Assembly (NCBI RefSeq): GCF_006345805.1
Contig: NC_043006.1
Location: 84,506,001-84,570,000 of the forward strand
Origin: Octopus sinensis
Lineage: Eukaryota
Length of the DNA: 64,000 bases
Reading direction: 5' to 3'
Shown here one piece after another: positions 11,959-24,618 of this stretch (within the stretch, counting starts at the first letter, position 1; each line of letters starts with the position of its first letter). The notes beneath the pieces were generated by a model. That model made no database searches. It worked only from the letters and a program-made list of their open reading frames with translations, and was not told the DNA's origin. The position numbers and the translations under genes are program-made.

Positions 11959-12413
11959 CAACAACAATAAGGAAAATGAAATGAACGAAACAATGCGAAT
12001 AGCGACAACAATAACAATAGCAACAATAACAACAACAATAATAATTATTATTGTAGTTGTTGCTATTATAGTGATAACAATAAGGATAATAAATAATAGC
12101 AATAAAACTAATAATAATAATACTAATAATAACAATGACAATAATAATACCAGTAACAACAACAAATCAATCGGTTACTTGCGATGGAAAATACAAGAGA
12201 GTAAAATAAAATAAGATAAAATAAAATAAAATAAAATAAGATAAAATAAAATAAAATAAGATGAAATAAAGAATTCCAAGATGGTTTTCTCAATTCTATT
12301 TGACGACTTAGTATATTTATAGGAAAGGAATTATTTGTGAATTGCTGCAGCACATCGTCTAAACTAAATGTTTTTCTTTTTTTCTCTCATTTTGTTTCTA
12401 CTTTGCCAATACG

Positions 12414-12449
<36 letters not shown>

Positions 12450-12468
12450 TATATATATATATATATTA

Positions 12469-12505
<37 letters not shown>

Positions 12506-12688
12506 CGTGTGTGTGTGTATATATATGTATATATATATATATTATATATATATATATATTATATATATATATATATGCATACATACATACATATATGTAT
12601 ATATGTATATGTATATATATAAATATAAATATATATGTATAGATATATGTATGTGCGTATGCATATATAAATATGTATGTATGTATAC

Positions 12689-12742
<54 letters not shown>

Positions 12743-12860
12743 TTATGTTTGTATATGTAAATGTAAATATTATGTGTGCATATATATATATATATGTATG
12801 TATGTATACATATATATATATATATATATATATTTATGTATGTATATATATATATATATG

Positions 12861-12899
<39 letters not shown>

Positions 12900-12907
12900 A
12901 TATATAT

Positions 12908-12938
<31 letters not shown>

Positions 12939-12950
12939 ATATATATATGT
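11885..12950. repeat. Microsatellite cluster (AAT)n/(AAC)n, (AAAAT)n, (CA)n, (TA)n
   Basis: Read directly. Confidence 0.95.
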
Positions 12951-13244
12951 TCTTTTACTTCCTACGTAAATAATAACTTTAATCCGTCATGTTGAAGTAA
13001 TTTGATAACTGACATTTCACAAAACAATAAGCAAAGAAACTGGGAAGAAAATACAACAAAATAACGAAATAAATTAAAGAACAATAAATGGTTTTGTTTG
13101 TGTTTTCTTATTATTTTCCTTTACGCGTGACATTGATAAAATGCAATCTGCACTTGTAATTCAAAAGTGTCGGTCACACAAGCACACAGCAATGACGACG
13201 ACGATGATGATGGTGATGATGATGATGGTGGTGATGATGATTTC

Positions 13245-13280
<36 letters not shown>

Positions 13281-13283
<3 letters not shown>

Positions 13284-13808
13284 TCTACTGGAAGCACAAG
13301 GCCTCATATGTGGGGGAAGAGATTAAGTCGATTACATCGACCCCAGTGCGTAACTGGTACCTAATTTATCGACCCCGAAAGAATGAAAGGCAAAGTCGAC
13401 TTCGGCGGAATTTGAACTCAGAACGTAAAGACAGACGAAATATCGCTAAGCATTTCGCCCGGTGTGCTAACGAATCTGCCAGCTAGCCGTCTTGATGATG
13501 ATGATAATAATAATAATAATAATAATAATGATGATGATGACGACGACGATAAATACCCTGATGCAGTCCCGTGCAGTGGCTCTCATGGCTTCTGATCTTA
13601 CTATAGGCACACGGCCTGAAATTTGTGGGGACTGGGTAAGTCGAAAATATCGACTCCAGTACATGACTGATACTTAATTTATCGAACCTGGAAGGGATGA
13701 AAAACAAAGTCGACCTCGGTAGAATTTGAACTCATAACGTAAAGACGGACGAAATGCTGCTATGCATTTTGCCTGGCGTGCTAACGATTCTGCCAGTTCG
13801 CCGCCTTA
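13281..13808 (-). mobile_element. Two family B SINEs (tail 2), each next to an (AAT)n/(GAT)n tract
   Basis: 13281-13492 and ~13600-13808; core CGACCCCGAAAG(G/A)ATGAAAGGCAAAGTCGAC on the plus strand. Confidence 0.88.
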
Positions 13809-14043
13809 ACTAATTTTAACAAAAATATCGTTTTCGAAAATTAAAAATAGTATATATATTTAATTAGTGTAATTATCATAATTATAGCCAGTAATTTATG
13901 AAAAAAACATTACTGAAGTAGTTGATTGCAAAATCAAGTAGATTTTCTGCTGCTGTTTGCAGCAGCCGTAAATTCTCGCCGTTACACCACACTATACAGT
14001 GGCGGCAGAAGGGTCCTATCAGCCAACATAGAAATAGAGGACG

Positions 14044-14460
14044 AGAGGATTTATATAAATTCTGATGAAACGAATTATCTCAATGCTAGACATTAAATAA
14101 ATGACCAAAGTTATGCTGTGAGGAAGTAAAATTATATCCCGGACAGTGGAGGTAGGAGAAATCTCATAGCATTGAATAAAATGGTTGTAGACAAGAGGGT
14201 TTATATAAATTCAGATGAAACGAATTTTGTCTGATGTCAGGCATTTGATAAGTGATCGCTGTAATGTTTTAAAGAGACTAGGGAGAAAGGGAGTTTATAT
14301 AAAATCTGATGAAACGAGTTTTCCCTTGTGTCAGACATTTAATAAGTGACTGGTGTTATCTTTCAAAGAGGTAGTAGACAAGATGGTTTATATGAATTCT
14401 GATGAAACGAATTCTGTCTGAGGTCAAATAATTTAATATGTGACTTGTGTTACGTCATGT
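14044..14460 (+). repeat. Four diverged tandem units (periods ~150, 94, 93 bp) with conserved TTTATATAAATTCTGATGAAACGAATT
   Basis: Motif copies at ~14051, 14201, 14295 and 14388. Confidence 0.8.
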
Positions 14461-14744
14461 GGAAGGAGAATTATTTCATATATAACAAACTGTAACACAA
14501 TATATGTGGTTCGATAACATGAAGTTGAGCTAGAAATGATTAGAATCAAATGAATCTAAACTATGTAGTTTTGTGTTCGAATCCTCTGAGAAAAGTATGT
14601 TAATCAAGATTTATATTCCTTCTGGTTAAATTTATGAAAAACTAATTTTCTTGTTTTTGTTGTTTAGACCCAGCACAGCTTGTAGGAGCTCTATTGGCCC
14701 ATGCATCTGCACATGATCGTCAGGACTGGCAAAATGTTTTTGGG

Positions 14745-15130
14745 AGGAGTGGCTGTGTGGTAAGTAGCTTGCTTACGAACCGCATGGTTTCGGGTTCAGT
14801 CCCACTGCGTGGCACTTCTACTATAGCATCGGGCCGACCAAAGCCTTCTGAGTGGATTTGGTAGACGGAAATTGAAAGAAGCCCGTCGTATATATGTGTG
14901 TGTGTGCGTATATGTTTGTGTGTCTATGTTTGCCCCCCTCCCCCAACATCGCGTGACAACCGATGCTGGTGTGTTTACGTCCCCGTAACTTAGCGGCTCA
15001 ACAAAAGAGACCGATAGAATAAGTACTAGGTTTACAAAGAATAAGTCCTGGGGTCGATTTGCTCGACTAAAGGCGGTGCTCCAGCATGGCCTCAGTCACA
15101 TGACTGAAACAAGTAAAAGCGTAAAAGAGT
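14745..15130 (+). mobile_element. SINE family C, near full length
   Basis: GTGGCTGTGTGGTAAGTAGC...GGGTTCAGTCCCACTGCGTGGCAC head; tail TGACTGAAACAAGTAAAAG. Confidence 0.88.
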
Positions 15131-16099
15131 TCCCAATATAAACAAGTTTCTACTTAATGCTACTGATGTTTATTCAAAGGAAAGGACGCTGATTTGGGGC
15201 GACACAGCTTGGCACTAGTGTCGATGCAAGTGTTGTGGTCAGAAACGCAAAAAGCCAGAACAGGTGTGGTAAACCGTCTCGCCCGACTAGTCCACCATCA
15301 TGGATAGGTTCTTTTTAACGATCCCGAAAAGATAATAATCGCGGTTGGTATGGGAGAGATTTGAACTCAGACACTGACGGTTGGCTTACAGGCATTTGTA
15401 AATTAGATACAACTCTGTCACAGTAATTAATCGTTATTTCCTCTGTTTTCCTCAGACATTCCAAGGATATTCTAAATTTCAGTAAAATCTATGGAATAAT
15501 ATATTAACATATAACAGAGAGCTCTATTCATGGTAGAAGTATGACCGTTTAGTTTTCTTGTAGAGGGATACACAAACCATTATGTGCAGTTTCTAAGAGA
15601 CAAAGATATCTACTGCGCATTTAGAGTGAGAATAGCCTTGTTGAGAATATTCCTTGTATTTAGTTAAATCATTTCCTCTTCACGGAGCCTGCAGATAAAC
15701 CAGGATATAGAGATCAAGTCTGCTTTGCTTTTGATCCTGAAGAAGTTCATGTGATGAACATTCCCTCGAAGTCAATGACTGTAAGTCTTGTTACAAGGAC
15801 GTCTTCAGTACAAGCTGTGCGAAAGACCAAGTTTACTTCAGCAGACTTTGAGCTCTGAGCAGGGAGAGTTGAAATGAATCCAGTAAAACATTCCATCCGA
15901 AACTGAGCTAATTCTTCTGACTGAGGTGATTCTTCCACCTTAATTCCATCCACCCATCCATCCATCCATACATGCATACATAATCAAAAGTGAGAAGCAA
16001 CAGCATCTTCAGAGTTGGAGAAGAACTACCACTAAATCTCCACGTTGAGATACATAATGTCGGCTCTGCTATACCAGTGTGGAAGATATCACCCACATC

Positions 16100-16635
16100 A
16101 TCATCAGCTACCTCCAAACGGCTACGAGATACTATCTACCCCTGAAGTATGATATAGTTTCAAATATTATTTACAATGCTATTCGTAGGAACGACTCTCC
16201 TGACGTATACATCGAAGGCATGTCAGAACCAGCAGGTATCCACACATTCAAAAACAAAGAATACTGGTAGAACACTCCTACCCCAAAAAGCCATGAATTC
16301 GATGCAAACATAACAGACCTGATATTGTTCTATGGGACAGGGGACAAAAGTCATGCACTGTTGTAGGGGTCAGATGCCCAGCGGACGTAAATGTACAATC
16401 AAATGTCCAGGAAAACGAGAACAATTATGGTCAATTAATGCGGGACTTACAGTTCTGGTACCCTGACTATGAATTCTCATTTGTATCCATCATCTTAGGG
16501 GCATAGGGTTACGTATCGACAAACTTGCACAATAAACTAGAAACACTTGGTTTCACGGAAAAAGAGACGTGGTCTCTCCAAATCCATAGTGGCAGAGTGA
16601 AGATTTGTAAGACGTACCAGAAATTCTCCACCTGA
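16100..16635 (+). mobile_element. Decayed 3' end of an RLE-type non-LTR retrotransposon (R4/CRE-like)
   Basis: Frameshifted translation YYLPLKYDIVSNIIYNAIRR...KHNRPDIVLWDR...GVRCPAD...ENENNYGQLMRDL...IILGA matches the RHD / PD-D RLE layout. Confidence 0.7.
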
Positions 16636-16833
16636 GATTCTTATGTGAGCAGATGCACACACTTTGGTGTATTATGCAGCGACAGTTCAACCAACACACC
16701 AACTCAACCACACATTTAAAAACACCAGAAACTCTCTTGGCTCAAAAAGCCTTGTTGCTTTTTTACCAACCGGCTTGAAACTCTCTCAAGAAGAACTTAG
16801 ACTAAACTCAAAGAAAAATCACACATGCACACA

Positions 16834-17140
16834 TGGAGGCGCAATGGCCCAGTGGTTAGGGCAGCGGACTCGCGGTCGTAGGATCGCGGTTTCGATTCCC
16901 GAACCGGGCGTTGTGAGTGTTTGTTGAGCGAAAACACCTAAAGCTCCACGAGGCTCCGGCAGGGGGTGGTGGCGATCCCTGCTGTACTCTTTCGCTGCAA
17001 CTTTCTCTCAGTCCTTCTGTTGGCCTGTTCGCTTAGCCAGCTGGGTGGCGTCATTTGAAGGCTAAAACAACAATGCGAAGCGCATTGTGACCAGTGATGT
17101 GTAGCAACATCTGATAGCCTGGTTGGTCACGTGATCACGT
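16834..17140 (+). mobile_element. tRNA-derived SINE, family A, full length, ending CACGTGATCACGTGA(TA)n
   Basis: Head, body and tail are clear; the tail recurs at 55705-55805, also followed by (TA)n. Confidence 0.88.
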
Positions 17141-17150
17141 GATATATATA

Positions 17151-17187
<37 letters not shown>

Positions 17188-17459
17188 AGGATAATCTACA
17201 AATATATAAACTATTCTTTTAATGGGTTATTTCTCCGACACAAGACGTGCTCATGCAACACTACCCTCGGAATATGTACATGACTAAAAAAGTAAAAACG
17301 TATAGACTGTAAGTCCAAAATCTATACTATTTACAGTAGATCCTTATAAAGGGGGGCGACGTAGGTGCAGTTTATGGTAAAATGAAGCACTGCAAATCCT
17401 TACGGCTGGAGACAGCATTCTTGATAATAGAGAAGAGACAATCATTAACTGCTTACTGG

Positions 17460-17460
17460 G

Positions 17461-17545
<85 letters not shown>

Positions 17546-17558
17546 CGTGTGAATGTGC

Positions 17559-17629
<71 letters not shown>

Positions 17630-17981
17630 TGTATGTATGCAAGTGTTTGTATACGTGCATGTTTCTGTATTGAGCATGCATTCGTGTATATATCCGTGTA
17701 AGTATATGTGCATGTATACGTATGTGAATCTCACTATACGTATCTTCAATATTTGAAACATACAAATTGTCTGATTGGTACTATGCAATGTGTCTTTTGG
17801 GTTCGTCCCACAAACTCTAAGATGACCCTCTCATTCCATTATATTCTTGTATATTTCTGTTATATTTTTTCCCAATTTACTTTCCAATAATGGAAAGTAG
17901 ATGTGTTTATCAGTCTTCAATCCATGGTGTTTTTTAAACCAACAAAACACTTTCTTTTGTCAGTTTTACTGCCCTCCATCT

Positions 17982-18038
<57 letters not shown>

Positions 18039-18200
18039 CTTCTTTTTGACATATTTCCTTTCTCCCTTTTCCCTTCATCTTGCTTCCCTTCATAACTCTT
18101 TCTAGTATTTATTTATTTATTTATTTACTTATTTATCATTGATTATTCACTTTATATACATTTTCGATTTTATATGCTTACCACAGTCTATTATAGGATT

Positions 18201-18250
<50 letters not shown>

Positions 18251-18280
18251 TTCCTTCCTTCCTTCCTTCCTTTCTTTCTT
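17460..18280. repeat. Microsatellites (TA)n, (TG)n, (TATG)n, (CT)n, (TTTC)n
   Basis: Read directly. Confidence 0.95.
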
Positions 18281-18867
18281 TCAATTACAGTTCTCTCCTC
18301 ACTTTTTCTCCTCTTTCCATCTCTCCTATTTCCATTTCTCCATGTCATTTGCTTTCTGTCTACTTCTCTCTCAACACACTTTTAAAACGTTTTGCCATCT
18401 GTCCAAATTTAGACATTTCTTCTCTGCCATTACGCAAAAAAAAAAAAAAGTGTTCCCCTGATGACCCGTTGCGATTAAACATCCTATTGCACATGGAACA
18501 TCCAATGCCATCATTCCAAGCAACTACAACGCTGAAACGTAAGAAGGGAACAAAAGATACAAACTTCGGTTTATCGTAATTTCCCCTGCATTTGCTCTGT
18601 ATATCACAGCTAGTTATACTACAAAATATAGTAGTAACTTAAACACTATACTAAAAGCAAATTGAATGATGGAGATCAAGGTGGAAATCCCAAATCTACA
18701 ACAGCAGTCTTACCTCTAGCTGTACACACAATGTATACAACATTTTTTTATCGACTAATCCTAACTGATGATGCTTACAGTCATAGTCGGAACTAGATCT
18801 AACCTGAGAAGCTTCGAAGCGGTCATGGGGCGGTTGATCGGGAAGGTCATTTGCCCCCTTTTTGTTG

Positions 18868-18912
<45 letters not shown>

Positions 18913-19019
18913 CAGACTAATAAGTAGATAGATAGATGGATAGATAGATCAATTTTACAGAAAGCAAAAGACGAAGACAAGTAAAGGAACAAGATGCAGG
19001 TGTATTAGTTTGACACTCG

Positions 19020-19072
19020 GGAAGAAAGGAGAAGTCTTTACGTTTCGAGCCTTCGTTCTTCGGTAGTAAGTG
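19020..19072 (-). ncRNA. Degenerate minimal hammerhead ribozyme motif
   Basis: Minus strand: CCGAAGA-acgaaggctc-GAAAC-GTA-aaga; U4 is mutated and the stems are damaged. Confidence 0.4.
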
Positions 19073-19180
19073 AAGAGAGGAAAAAAATGGAGAGGAAACG
19101 AAATAGTAAAAACGGAGAGAGAAAAAGCGTGTAGGGATTAACGTATCAACAGGGTGAAATGACCCTAGACAGACAGACAG

Positions 19181-19272
<92 letters not shown>

Positions 19273-19504
19273 TAGATAGATAGATAGATAGTTAGATAAC
19301 TATGTTTGTGTGTTATTTTCTTGTATATATTTCTGTGTTGTATACATAGAAGTAAATCTTTCGGACATAATAAATCATTTAGAATTTCTTCATCAGCAAA
19401 TAAGCAGTTTTCATATTCGTTTTCGTTATTGTTGCTATTTATTTGTTCATCAAGAGCTGGTGCGAAAATTTAATCATTTTCAATACAGAACAAAATTATA
19501 TATT

Positions 19505-19655
19505 ACTGTTCTATATTTAAGAGATGAGGAATTATGTACATTATTTACATTATTTACAATTGACGGATATTTGTCCTCATCTTGTTTGTTGTTAACACAA
19601 CGTTTTGGCTGATATACTCTCCAGCCTTGGGGAAATTTCGAACCTGGGTTCTCCA
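19505..19655 (-). mobile_element. Second copy of the 225-405 repeat with the hammerhead core deleted
   Basis: Collinear with 225-405; retains GGCTG/CAGCC and AAAAC-GTT-GTGTT but lacks CTGATGA. Confidence 0.8.
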
Positions 19656-19690
19656 TCATTATTATCATCATCATCATCGTCGTCGTCGTT

Positions 19691-19746
<56 letters not shown>

Positions 19747-20529
19747 TATTATTATTATATGGATAAATATATATACATACATACACAAATATATATACAT
19801 ACGTACACAAATAATAGAAAGTCCTTGGTACAATATTATTTGAAAAAATTGAATAGAAATGGCTTTTCAGATAATTTTTCCACTTTAGTAATTAGATGTT
19901 TGTAAGTTATTAGGTGTTAAACAACCAATAACTTATAAACATATAGTTATTAAAGTGGAAAGCATTTTCAGAAAATTATTTCTATTCATTTTTTCAAATA
20001 TATATATCTCTATATTATAAATCTGAAATGCGAAAAGTTTGTTTGTTTGTCTGGTTTTGTCATTGAGAACGGGTTAAAGGCCACTAGATCCCGTCAGATT
20101 GACTCCAAAATTTACAGAGACATGTAAAATGAGACATCTAAAATGCTAGGGTCGAAAACGCACTTTGACAAGTCTACTCTCATTCTTTTATGTATCTGTC
20201 TTCCTCCATCACTCATTCTCTTTCTTCCCTTCCCATCACTTTCTATATATAACGTCGTTTCACAGCGTCCTCAATCTCCCCCTCCTCCCCGCCTTCGACA
20301 GCGCTTTCACACACTCTCTATCTCTACGTCTGTCTGCATTAATAGAGAGAATTATCATCGCCACCACAACCACCACAACCACCACCACCACCACCACACA
20401 ATCATGAAAACAAATATTATGAATCAGATATTTTTGGGGTTAATTTATATATGTGTGTGTGTGTGTGTGTTCTATATATAAATATGTATATATAATGTAT
20501 ATATACAAAGTGTATATATCTGTATTTAT

Positions 20530-21960
20530 GTATATTAAACTTTTTAATACTTTTTGATAGTTATATATATTTAAAAAAATTATAAATATAAATTAATAAT
20601 TTAAATTTTAAATTTAAATAATTTAAATTTTTAAATTTTATATTTTATATATTTTGTACATTATATTTTTATTTTTATGTTTTGGGTTATGTTTTTCACT
20701 GTTTAATTTGCCTAATAGTGGTTTTATCTCTAATTTAATTTATATATATATATATAATTTGTATACATTTGTATATATAATGCGTACAGACACACACCAC
20801 ACACACACACATATATATATATAATCCGTATATATATATAATGTGTGCATTATGTGGTCGGTTGTGCTGAAAATATGCACACCTATGTTAAAAGTGCTGG
20901 TGAGTTTGCATGGCAACTATTTTTTTCCTCAAATGAAAGGCGTGACCTCTAGGACAAAATTCCTCATCTTATAAAATGTGGCCCCAGTAGACCCGAATGA
21001 AATCGGGTTATATTAACCAAAATGTGTCTAAATGGAGCTTGAAGGGGATTAAAAATTACAGGAGCGGGTGTTTAGGAATTCTCTGTTACATGAAGCTAAA
21101 AAATTTGCCCCAGCCTATAAATCGTCAATGTGTTGCCGTCCATGATGGAGAAGTTTTGAATGCTTGCCATGGTGAGTCTACTGTCGAGAGAAAGAATCAC
21201 TTCAAAGCTTGGTGTTTAGGAATTTTCTTTTACATCAAGTTCAAAATTTTACGCCAGCCGTTAAACTGCCACTACGTTGCTGTCCGTCATTAAGAAATGC
21301 CAGCCATGGTGACTCTACTATCCTCAGATTCTATCCCTTCAAAATTTTTTTAATTTTTATTCAGCTCGCAAGTTCGTCTGTCCCTTTTAAATGTTAGTGT
21401 TTTGCTGTCTGCCTTGAAGCAGACCTTTCCGTTGTCACTGCCTGATATTTATGATTGATCTTTCAAAATATTTTACTTTCACAACTTACTCAAGATCTTT
21501 TGTTGTTTATAAATGGGAGAGAGATAGATAGAGAAAGATAGAGAGTAAGAGAAAGCGAGGGAGAGTCCGAGAGAAAGGAAGAGCAAGAGAGTGGGAAAGT
21601 GAGAGAGAAAGGAGAGAGAAACAAAGAGGGAGAATGTGGTGATAAAAAACAGAAAGTAAGAACCACACTCTTACCCGCGCGTAGTATATATTTTATTAAA
21701 CTTTTAATACTTTTGGTATATAAAATAAATAAATAAATAAATAAATAAATAAAATAATATATAAATATAAAAATATACATACATACATATATATATATAT
21801 ATATTTGTATATATATATATATATATAAAATTTATAAGTTTAAATTATTTAAATAATTTTTTATTTTTAACTTTTATATTTCTAAATTAATTTTATGTAT
21901 TGGCTTATGTTTTACACTGTTTGATTTGCCTAATAGTGGGTTTATCTCTAATTTAATATA
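20530..21960. repeat. Two copies of an AT-rich repeat (20530-20745, 21695-21960) around a segment with a 144-bp tandem duplication (21067-21182, 21211-21320)
   Basis: Shared TTATGTTT(TT/A)CACTGTTT(A/G)ATTTGCCTAATAGTGG(T/G)TTTATCTCTAATTTAAT; internal unit GGTGTTTAGGAATT...GCCATGGTGA(G/C)TCTACT. Confidence 0.75.
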
Positions 21961-22644
21961 ATATGATATAATATATTTATACTATAAAATTGGATTTAAT
22001 CCTAAATCTAATTTTCCGCTGTAAGTTTGGATTTATTATATATATATATATAAAACAAAGTGAAGTTGTAAGATACCGCACGAGTGGAAATATATCCACA
22101 ACCCGGGTAGAATTGTTACTGCACTAGACAAAAGGCTTAACAGTATTTCTTTAACAGATGTTTATTCACTTGTCACCTAATACTTTTTCTGTGTATGTAT
22201 TTTAATACTTTTGGGACAACCAGTACTTAACACAACAAAGCTTATACAAAGCTTTACATTTTACTTTTGACAATCTTTTTCTAAAAAAGTGAAACCGGTC
22301 AAGTGAATAAACATCATTAAAATTGCTTTTTCAAACCTTCTCCCATATATGTCTGCGCGCGCGCGCGCGTGTACTGGAGACATGTAAATGGAATAACGAT
22401 TCTACAGAGAATTCGCACAGATTGGACACTTAACCATTGTACAAATGAGCCAAGAGGAAACGTGCCAGATATAGCACCGAAATCTCCGCCTCAGGTCATA
22501 CCCTACTGTCTTTAAATAAAACAATAAAGAAAAAGAAAACAAAAAAAAAACAAAGCCAAGAACATAAATTATTAGGCAGGTTCTATGTCGTATTTGTCTA
22601 AGCAAGTGACTTTATATAAGACCGTGTGTTGACGTAGAAGCATT

Positions 22645-23280
22645 TACATAACTTTTCTACTCAAGGCACAAAGCCCGAAATTTGCGGGGATGTGGCCAGT
22701 CGATTAGATCGATTCCAGTAAGCAACTGGTACTTAATTTATCGACTCCGAAAGGATGAAAGGCAAATCGACCTCGGCAGAATTTGAACTCAGAACGTAAC
22801 GGCAGACGAAATACCTATTCCTTTACTGCCCACAAGGGGCTAAACACAGAGGGGACAAACAAGGACAGACAAAGGGATTAAGTCGATTATATCGACCCCA
22901 GTGCGTGACTGGTACTTATCTAAACGACCCCTAAAGGATGAAAGGCAAAGTGGACCTCGGCGGAATTTGAACTCAGAACATAACGGCAGACGAAATACCG
23001 CTAAGCATTTCGTCCGGCACGCTAACGTTTTTGCCAGATCGCCACTTTCGTCCTTTATAATAGTCTTTTCTGCTCTAGGCACAAGGCTCGAAATTTTGGG
23101 GGAGGGGGCCAGTCGATTAGATGAACCCCAGTACGCAACTGGTACTTAATTTATCGACCCCGAAAGGATGAAAGGTAAATTCGACCTCGGGGGAATTTGA
23201 ACTCATAACGTAAAGACAGACAAAATACCGCAAAGCATTTCGCCCGATATGCTAACATTTCTGTCAGTTCGCCACCTTGA
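22645..23280 (-). mobile_element. Composite family B SINE (22645-23047, same architecture as 7844-8252) plus a monomeric tail-2 copy (23060-23280)
   Basis: Minus-strand junction GAATAG|GTATTTCGTCTGCC at 22815/22814. Confidence 0.88.
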
Positions 23281-23809
23281 CGGAAGTAGTAATTAATCAA
23301 CGAGGAGTACACCACTAGCCACTCATCAAGGTTGCGTACACATCAACTCCAATTGTTAGCCATGAACTATAAAATAACCTTTTTCAGCTTATCGAACTTT
23401 ACAATCTTCTACATCAATAAACCACCATTGTTCCTTGAAGCTGTTTGTTATACTTTCTACAGACTGCGCCTGGATCCCTGGATCTTAACTTCACACATAC
23501 ACACACACACACGGACACACATATAAATATACATATAAAATAAAAGAAGGAAAATGCACACTGTTTACATGGTTTTAATATATTTTAAAATATATTTTAT
23601 AAGTGAAACAGTATTGTGTTTGTCGACCGGTTTCAATTTCGCGAATCATGACATTGAGATTATTGTAATTTCGTATTTTCTTCAAAAGATTTTAGTTCAT
23701 GTTGTGTGTAGAGAAGGTTGTGAATGAATGATTCCACAAGTAAAAAAATCTAAGGTGAGGTAATTGTTGATCGTTATTATTGGGGACAGGGGAAACAAAA
23801 GGTAACACC

Positions 23810-24330
23810 ACACCTCATCTGAGCTTACTATCGTATATATCAACTTATAACATTAGAAACAATAAGGCATACATTATTGTACAAAGTCTACCTATGCTTA
23901 CTAGGGATCGAAAAATGAATAAACATTCTGAAAATACATAAAGTCATCATATGTAAAATGCAATACAAATCGCTGAAATGACTTCTAAAGCTTTACACAA
24001 CAACCACGAAACCAACGATTAAAAATGTGGACGCCCAAACTGTGGAACATGCCCCAACCTTCTGGAAGGCTCGGAATTCCAATTCAAACAAAGAGAGAGG
24101 TTAACAATTAAAACCTACTTCGCTTGCGCTTCCGAGAATCTAATTTATGTTATAACCCGTTCAGGTTGTGAATATAACTATATAGGACAGACAAGTATGA
24201 CACTCAAACGGAGAACCACACTACATTAGGAACAGATCCAGTTCCCGCAATACATACAGATTCCTTTGAGGGAACACATAGTGAGATGTGCAGGTAATAT
24301 CCAACCATACGTCACAGTGACTGAGGTTTG
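23810..24330 (+). mobile_element. Penelope-like element fragment (GIY-YIG region), decayed
   Basis: KCGRPNCGTCPNLLEGSEF...LIYVITRSGCEYNYIGQTSMTLKRRTTLH, homologous to 41480-41760. Confidence 0.85.
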
Positions 24331-24398
24331 GCATCACGCTTTGAAACTTGACGTACCAAGGAGTTTGAATCAAACAATTTTGATCCCTATATATATAG

Positions 24399-24618
24399 CA
24401 CGAGGGGTTGCTAAAGAGTTCTTGTCTTTAAGGGCAGTGTAGAAGGTCCGGCTGGAGGCCCAACCCTCCGAGTTCTTTTACAGGGCTTAGAAAGACTGAA
24501 GGACCGCTGCATTAAGTGTGTGAATCCGAGAGAGAAATATGATGAATATAATCATAAGTAACTGATCCTCTTGCATTTTCTTTACCCAAAGGCAGGAACT
24601 TTTCTACACTCCTTCGTA
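24399..24618 (+). mobile_element. Internally deleted mariner (MITE-like)
   Basis: Imperfect ~31-bp TIRs (CACGAGGGGTTGCTAAAGAGTTC and reverse complement TACGAAGGAGTGTAGAAAAGTTC), TA context, interior GLERLKDRCIKCVNPREKYDE resembling a mariner C-terminus. Confidence 0.75.

Noticed and set aside
14044-14460. CRISPR array, C/D snoRNA cluster or hammerhead tandem
   Set aside because: The spacers are homologous to one another and there are no cas genes; box C/D spacing and terminal stems are inconsistent; there is no room for hammerhead stem II.
23300-23480. R4-like RT thumb fragment on the minus strand (FIDVEDCKVR)
   Set aside because: Too short and decayed to support as a feature.
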